Assembly (NCBI GenBank): GCA_016839805.1
Contig: JAEOTO010000031.1
Location: 128,001-192,000, forward strand
Length of the DNA: 64,000 nt
Reading direction: 5' to 3'
Origin: Candidatus Hermodarchaeota archaeon
Lineage (GTDB): Archaea; Asgardarchaeota; Hermodarchaeia; Hermodarchaeales; Hermodarchaeaceae
Of the stretch, positions 58,873 through 64,000 are shown piece after piece. Position numbers and translations under genes: made by a program. The notes beneath the pieces are model-generated. The model was not told the origin of the DNA and made no database searches. It worked only from the letters and a program-made list of their open reading frames with translations. Numbering within the stretch: position 1 is the first letter of the stretch; each line of letters opens with the position of its first letter.

Positions 58873-60267
58873 ATGCAGCAGCCCAAACTAGGATTAATCA
58901 CCCCAAATGAGCTAGCACTATTTCTGGATTATTATGAGTTAACGAGTACAAAAGCTGACTTCGACCATGGTAACGAGGCGGTTGTGACCCAAGAGTATTT
59001 TGTGCGACAGTTGCCCTTTGGGGGCTATTTGATTGCTGCGGGATTAGAACAGGTAATCGCGTTTATTCTGAATCTACGCTTTGAAGAGAAGGACCTGGGA
59101 TGGTTGGAAGCAACTTCGGGTCCTGACTTTAAGGACGGATTTTTAGATTTTCTTATGAACTTCAAATTTAGTGGTTATATCTATGCTGTCCCTGAGGGCA
59201 CGGTGGTTTTTCCCAATGAACCCATCATCAATGTTACAGGTCCGACGCTTGAGGTACAACTCCTCGAAACGTACCTGTTGAATGTGATGAATTTTCAGTC
59301 TTTAGTCGCGACAAAGACGGTTCGGATGGTTGACATTGCCGAGCATCGAACCATCGTTGATTTTGGGGCTCGGCGTGCTCATGGTCGCGATGCAGCTGTG
59401 CTTGCTGCTAGGGCGGCGTATCTTGCAGGGGCGACTGGAACCTCGTTGGTTCTGGCGGGAAAAATGTGGGGGATACCATACATTGGCACGATGCCCCATG
59501 CTTTCATCATGAATCGACCCAATGAACTTCAGGCATTTCGTGAATATGCAGAATCGTTTCCCCATAATGCCATACTCTTAGTAGATACCTACGATTCGAT
59601 TGAAGGAGTAAATAACGCCATCATAATCGGGAAAGAACTTCGAGAAAGGGGACACCGATTGCAGGGTATCCGATTAGATAGTGGTGATCTGGTATCCCTT
59701 AGCAAGAAATCCCGTGAAATTCTGGATAAAGCCGGTTTTGAAGATGTTAAAATCTTCGTGAGTAGTGACCTCGATGAATATCGAATTGAAGAAATTATTC
59801 GGGAGGGCGCTCCCATTGATGGATTTGGTGTAGGTACACGCCTTGTCACCGGAGCGAATTTCAACTCCATTACTCGAGAAGGTGGTCCATCAGCCTTGCC
59901 GGGTGTCTATAAGCTAGTTGAAAGAATTGGCAAAGATGGCCATCCTATTCCTAAAACTAAGTTAAGCACCGATAAAGTTCTTCTTCCTTATCGCAAACAA
60001 GTGCATCGACATTCTGACGAGGACGGTAATTTCCATCGTGATACTGTGTCCCGGTGGGATGAACCAATCGCCGACGCAGAACCGCTACTCATTCCCATTA
60101 TCGAGAAAGGTCGTACGGTATACGGCTTTCCCGATCTGGAAGAGAGTAGAAAATACTGTCAGAGCCAACTTACACGTCTACCAAAACCGTATCGTCTTCT
60201 TGCTGATACTCCCATCTATCCCGTGAAACTAAGCCCTCAATTAGAAAAAGTCAGTAAGGTAGCCTAA
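58873..60267 (+). CDS. pncB: Nicotinate phosphoribosyltransferase
   Basis: DYYELT, DFGARR, GTMPH, LVDTYD, IRLDSGD, FGVGT, VYKLV. Confidence 0.95.
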   Translation: MQQPKLGLITPNELALFLDYYELTSTKADFDHGNEAVVTQEYFVRQLPFGGYLIAAGLEQVIAFILNLRFEEKDLGWLEATSGPDFKDGFLDFLMNFKFSGYIYAVPEGTVVFPNEPIINVTGPTLEVQLLETYLLNVMNFQSLVATKTVRMVDIAEHRTIVDFGARRAHGRDAAVLAARAAYLAGATGTSLVLAGKMWGIPYIGTMPHAFIMNRPNELQAFREYAESFPHNAILLVDTYDSIEGVNNAIIIGKELRERGHRLQGIRLDSGDLVSLSKKSREILDKAGFEDVKIFVSSDLDEYRIEEIIREGAPIDGFGVGTRLVTGANFNSITREGGPSALPGVYKLVERIGKDGHPIPKTKLSTDKVLLPYRKQVHRHSDEDGNFHRDTVSRWDEPIADAEPLLIPIIEKGRTVYGFPDLEESRKYCQSQLTRLPKPYRLLADTPIYPVKLSPQLEKVSKVA

Positions 60268-60380
60268 ACCAACAGAATTCGAGTAACTAAGACATGTCGA
60301 AAATAATTTCAAAATATTCCTTTCAGAACCCGCTCATCAACTAAGGTTGTTCAAGCAGAGTCATCGACCTTTTTTGATAT

Positions 60381-60920
60381 CTACTTCGGTAATTTCTTGA
60401 GTATGGTAGAAGCATCTGAAAGGGTTGCTCCATAATACTCCTTTAGATAGGCAAGACCAGATTCGTGATCTTCTACGGTGAAGGAATCTACGCCATCCTC
60501 CGGCACGATGATTTTGTACCCGCGGAAAAAGGCATCTGCCGCTGTATGCCGGACACAAAGGTGCGTGTGGAGTCCTGTGAGTATAACCTCTTTGACATTC
60601 CGGCTCCGGAGAATCGAGTCCAAGGGAGTCTCAAAGAAACTACTGTAAACGTGTTTTCCGACAATAATATCATCATCTTGGGGAGTAAGTTCCGGAATAA
60701 CTTCTGCACCTTCAGTGCCTTCAATGGCGTGAGCACCCCATCGATGCATTTCAAAGTCAGTATCCAAATGGCTATCATTTGCAAAAATTACCGGAAGCTT
60801 GTGTTTGTGAAAACTATCGATAAGTTTCCGTATGTGGGGGATAATCCGTTGGGCTCGATCACATTTGAGGGAGCCCGTCACAAAATCATTTAGCATATCG
60901 ACAACGATTAGTGCTTTCAT
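60381..60920 (-). CDS. Isochorismatase family cysteine hydrolase (nicotinamidase-like)
   Basis: VDMLNDF, DSH, K..YSSF, TGLHTHLCV; adjacent to pncB. Confidence 0.9.
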   Translation of the reverse strand: MKALIVVDMLNDFVTGSLKCDRAQRIIPHIRKLIDSFHKHKLPVIFANDSHLDTDFEMHRWGAHAIEGTEGAEVIPELTPQDDDIIVGKHVYSSFFETPLDSILRSRNVKEVILTGLHTHLCVRHTAADAFFRGYKIIVPEDGVDSFTVEDHESGLAYLKEYYGATLSDASTILKKLPK

Positions 60921-60996
60921 TGTACTCAACACTGTTTAGAATTCACCGCATTAAAAGACTATTGAACTAGCTACAATCTTGCCTACAACGTTTCAC

Positions 60997-61009
60997 TTAA
61001 CCATGTTAA
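60997..61009. promoter_or_regulatory. Palindromic candidate operator TTAAC-N3-GTTAA
   Basis: CTTAAC-CAT-GTTAAG upstream of ferritin TATA-like AATATAAA. Confidence 0.4.
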
Positions 61010-61081
61010 GAAGTTCACTACAAATATAAAGAGGAACTGTCATCGCATCCAGTAACATTCCGATTCTGGAAGTGATGATGC

Positions 61082-61576
61082 ATGGAAATTAGCAAAGAAC
61101 TTCAAGATGCAATTAATGATCAAATTAACTTCGAACTTTACTCTGGTTACATTTATCTTTCCATGGCAGCGTATTTTGAATCCATTAATCTTTCAGGCAT
61201 GGCCCACTGGATGAAAATCCAAGCTGGAGAAGAATATGAACACGCCATGCGGTTTTGGGACCACGTCACCGATCGTGGTGGACGTATAATTCTTACTGAC
61301 ATTAAAGGTCCCACAACTGAATGGGATTCTCCCTTAGCTGCCTTTGAGAACGCTTATGAGCATGAAAAAATTGTCACCGAACGCATCTTCAAAATTGGTA
61401 AATTAGCAGAAAAGTTGGGTGATAAATCCGCGATTCCTATGCTCAACTGGTTCTATGATGAACAGGTTGAAGAAGAGGAACAAACCCAACGTATTGCTGA
61501 TTTGCTGAAGATGGTTGGCGATCAAAAGGGTGCCTTATTCATGCTTGATGGCAAACTTGGTCAGCGTGAGAAGTAA
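61082..61576 (+). CDS. ftnA: Ferritin
   Basis: QINFELYSGYIYLSMA, EEYEHAM, HE, EQVEEE ferroxidase residues. Confidence 0.95.
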   Translation: MEISKELQDAINDQINFELYSGYIYLSMAAYFESINLSGMAHWMKIQAGEEYEHAMRFWDHVTDRGGRIILTDIKGPTTEWDSPLAAFENAYEHEKIVTERIFKIGKLAEKLGDKSAIPMLNWFYDEQVEEEEQTQRIADLLKMVGDQKGALFMLDGKLGQREK

Positions 61577-61620
61577 AATTACTTAACTTCTAATGACGAA
61601 GTATTGAACAGTACAACCTT

Positions 61621-61670
61621 AGCAGTGGGTGGTATGACTCCACCCTGCTGCATTCCTTTTTCTTTTCATT
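61621..61670 (+). terminator. Bulged stem-loop plus T tract after ferritin
   Basis: AGCA(GT)GGGTGG-tatgact-CCACCCTGCT then TTCCTTTTTCTTTT. Confidence 0.5.
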
Positions 61671-61798
61671 TCATTGAACTCAAGTTTCGTTGTTATAGTC
61701 AACCAATGAGACGCCTAGGACAATAGTAACTAATTATAAGGCAAATAAACAAATTCACCAACACCGAATTCCCTACACAATCAATGGGAGGTATGTAT

Positions 61799-62299
61799 AT
61801 GGGAACTAAAGGTCGCGAAATCGTCAAAGCAGACATTAAAGAACTCCTTGAATTACTCAACAAGGCATTGGCTGACGAATGGCTAGCCTATTATCAATAT
61901 TGGATCGGATCGAAGATTGTAGTTGGACCCATGCGCGATTTGGTTGCAAGTGAACTTGAGGAACACGCCAATGAAGAACTTGAACATGCAGGCATGTTAG
62001 TCGATCGAATCATCCAGTTGGGTGGCACTCCAATCCTTAATCCATCGGAGTGGCAATCAAAAACCAATTGTGATTATGAAGCTCCCACAGATCCCTTCGT
62101 GATACCAATCCTGAAACAGAACATCAAAGGCGAACAGTGTGCTATTGACGTCTACAATAAAATTGCTGAGAAAGTTAAGGGTAAAGATCCCATAACCCTT
62201 CATATTGTCTATAAAATCATGGCAGATGAAGTGGAACACGAAGAAGATCTTGAAGCGATTATGGATGATCTCGAAGCGATGAAAAAACACTTCAAATAG
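61799..62299 (+). CDS. DPS-like (DpsL/thioferritin) ferritin-family protein
   Basis: ALADEWLAYYQY, EELEHA, RIIQLGG, Cys pair KTNCDY/GEQCAI, DEVEHE. Confidence 0.9.
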   Translation: MGTKGREIVKADIKELLELLNKALADEWLAYYQYWIGSKIVVGPMRDLVASELEEHANEELEHAGMLVDRIIQLGGTPILNPSEWQSKTNCDYEAPTDPFVIPILKQNIKGEQCAIDVYNKIAEKVKGKDPITLHIVYKIMADEVEHEEDLEAIMDDLEAMKKHFK

Positions 62300-62367
62300 A
62301 ATTATATGCAAATCTACAGTTGCGAACCAGTGGACTTTGTCTGAATTGTTCGCAGAGTTTTCTCTTT

Positions 62368-63294
62368 CTAAAATCCTAATACTACTAGCCAAACGCCACT
62401 TATGGTGAGAATGGTTCCTAGGAGAATGAGAGGTGTGACTTTTTCTTTTAGAAAGAAGATGGTAAATGGGAGTGCAAAGAGTGGTGCGGTTGCGGCGATT
62501 ACAGAGGTTACGGCAGCTCCGGTGAAAAAGACCGCATTGACGTAAAGGATGGAACCAATACCCATTCCGAAAAATCCCGCAATTACCACATATTTAGTTG
62601 CACGTTTTGTGGGCATTAGCATTCCCCGCTGTCGGGCTAAGAAAAAGAAAGGAAGAAGAAAGAAGGACCCAATGAGAATTCGGATGAGATTTGCATCAAT
62701 TGGATCAGCACCGACTAAACCAATTTGGAGTATCACGGTCGCCGTGGCCCAACTGAACGCGGCGAGGATAGCTAGTGTAATCCCGAGTATATCCCACTTT
62801 ATGGATGTTTGATCTTCAGTTTGTTGTGATATAGTGTTTTCTTGTTGTGCCTGTTCCCGAGTGATGATACTGATTCCAAGTATGGCAAGGATGACTCCGG
62901 CGAATCGGGTGATGAGAAGGGGTTCGTTGAGAAAAAGGATGGAGAAGAAGTATGTGATGATGGGGAATGTCATAGCAATGGGAAACGCCCGAGATACGCC
63001 AATCCGAGACTGGCTCGTTAAATACATAAGGTCGCCAATACCCGCCCCCAAAATAATGGAGGCAGCTAAAAAGGGAACGGAGGAAAAGGGAACGGTGAAT
63101 CCCGTTGGGTAAAGGAGTAGAAGAACTACAAGGGCGATGACAGGAAGCGCAATCCACATCTTGAAAGCATTGATGGCGATTGGTTGGATTTCCGCACTCT
63201 GCGATTTGTAAACAACGTTTGAAATTCCGAAGAGGACAGCACCGAGAAGCCCCATGAAAACTCCAGTGAGAAAAAGCTCGGGGGGAACCACCAT
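62368..63294 (-). CDS. DMT/EamA family transporter
   Basis: 10 TM duplicated EamA architecture, IGVSRA, FLNEP, FLKEKV. Confidence 0.9.
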   Translation of the reverse strand: MVVPPELFLTGVFMGLLGAVLFGISNVVYKSQSAEIQPIAINAFKMWIALPVIALVVLLLLYPTGFTVPFSSVPFLAASIILGAGIGDLMYLTSQSRIGVSRAFPIAMTFPIITYFFSILFLNEPLLITRFAGVILAILGISIITREQAQQENTISQQTEDQTSIKWDILGITLAILAAFSWATATVILQIGLVGADPIDANLIRILIGSFFLLPFFFLARQRGMLMPTKRATKYVVIAGFFGMGIGSILYVNAVFFTGAAVTSVIAATAPLFALPFTIFFLKEKVTPLILLGTILTISGVWLVVLGF

Positions 63295-63436
63295 TATTAA
63301 TCACCTATAATCCAGAATTTATTCAAACGTAGAGCCTCTAATGTATAGTTTTCGTCTAAAAACGTTGCAGAGTGGGAAGTTTTTTGAAGAGGATGTGAAC
63401 AAGTGGGGTACACTTTGGACACGGAGGCAACATCTC

Positions 63437-63994
63437 ATGTATCCAATCGACATCCTTCTTGATGAACATAAGTTGGTTGAACGCGTCTTTGCCATAATTG
63501 AGAAAGTCCGTGATAAACTCGAAGATAAAGAAGAAGTCCCAGCCACTATTTTTTGGAAACTTGTTGATTTTATCAGAGGTTACGCTGACGTTATCCACCA
63601 TAGCAAAGAAGAGGATATTTTCTTCGAGCAGATGCGTGAACACGACACCGATCTCTCCGATGAAGTTCAGGATAATATCGCTGTTCTCATCGAAGAGCAC
63701 ATTGAAGCCTTGGACCTTGCGAATGAAATGCATAAAGGAATTCGCGCTTATCGTCGTGGAGCTCCAGAAGCACGGGATAAAATTCTCAAATCAGTTGATG
63801 GCTATCTGAAAATCATGAAACCTCACTTCGAAATGGAAGAAGAGGACGTCTTCCCTGCAATGGTTGGCGTGCTTAGCAAGGAAGAAAAAACCAAAATGAA
63901 AGCTGATTTTTCCCGATTCGACGATATACTAGGTGGGAAAGAAGTTCATAAACGATATCACAAACTCGTAGAGGAACTTGAAAAAGAGCTCTAA
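63437..63994 (+). CDS. Hemerythrin/HHE cation-binding domain protein
   Basis: EH, HHSKEE, EEH, HFEMEE motifs; GGAGG RBS before ATG 63437. Confidence 0.9.
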   Translation: MYPIDILLDEHKLVERVFAIIEKVRDKLEDKEEVPATIFWKLVDFIRGYADVIHHSKEEDIFFEQMREHDTDLSDEVQDNIAVLIEEHIEALDLANEMHKGIRAYRRGAPEARDKILKSVDGYLKIMKPHFEMEEEDVFPAMVGVLSKEEKTKMKADFSRFDDILGGKEVHKRYHKLVEELEKEL

Positions 63995-64000
63995 GCTTAT

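Noticed and set aside
61621-61650. Hairpin near ferritin containing CAGTG, suggestive of an iron-responsive element
   Set aside because: CAGTG lies in the stem rather than the loop, and a T tract follows; terminator is the simpler reading

Overview
Archaeal chromosomal window. The lineage is inferred, not established: F420-dependent Mtd, an A/V-type ATPase, an IPGF-type C-terminal sorting signal and a large duplicated Lrp-like regulator fit an anaerobic sediment archaeon such as a Thor/Hermod-like Asgard or Bathyarchaeia. Content is mostly bioenergetic: a dispersed A1AO ATP synthase gene set (E, H/G, C, K/c, I/a, plus a small AtpZ-like gene; A, B, D, F absent), a P2A-type Ca2+ ATPase, a complex I/group 4 hydrogenase-like membrane complex in two divergent blocks (J1-J2-K-L-M-N and A-B-C), mtd, an FpoF/FrhB-like gene, hypD, and an AOR/Fe-ADH/SCP2 cluster. 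It also has an SPFH/Zn-ribbon membrane module, surface-protein genes, NAD salvage and iron/oxidative-stress genes. The standout feature is a 630-aa ATP synthase proteolipid of EIGHT fused, diverged hairpins, all keeping the ion-binding Glu, implying a single-chain c8 ring or a (c8)2 = c16 rotor. Region 9.4-15 kb looks like a decayed integrated element (integrase remnants, ~170-bp direct repeat). No rRNA, tRNA or CRISPR array was recognised.
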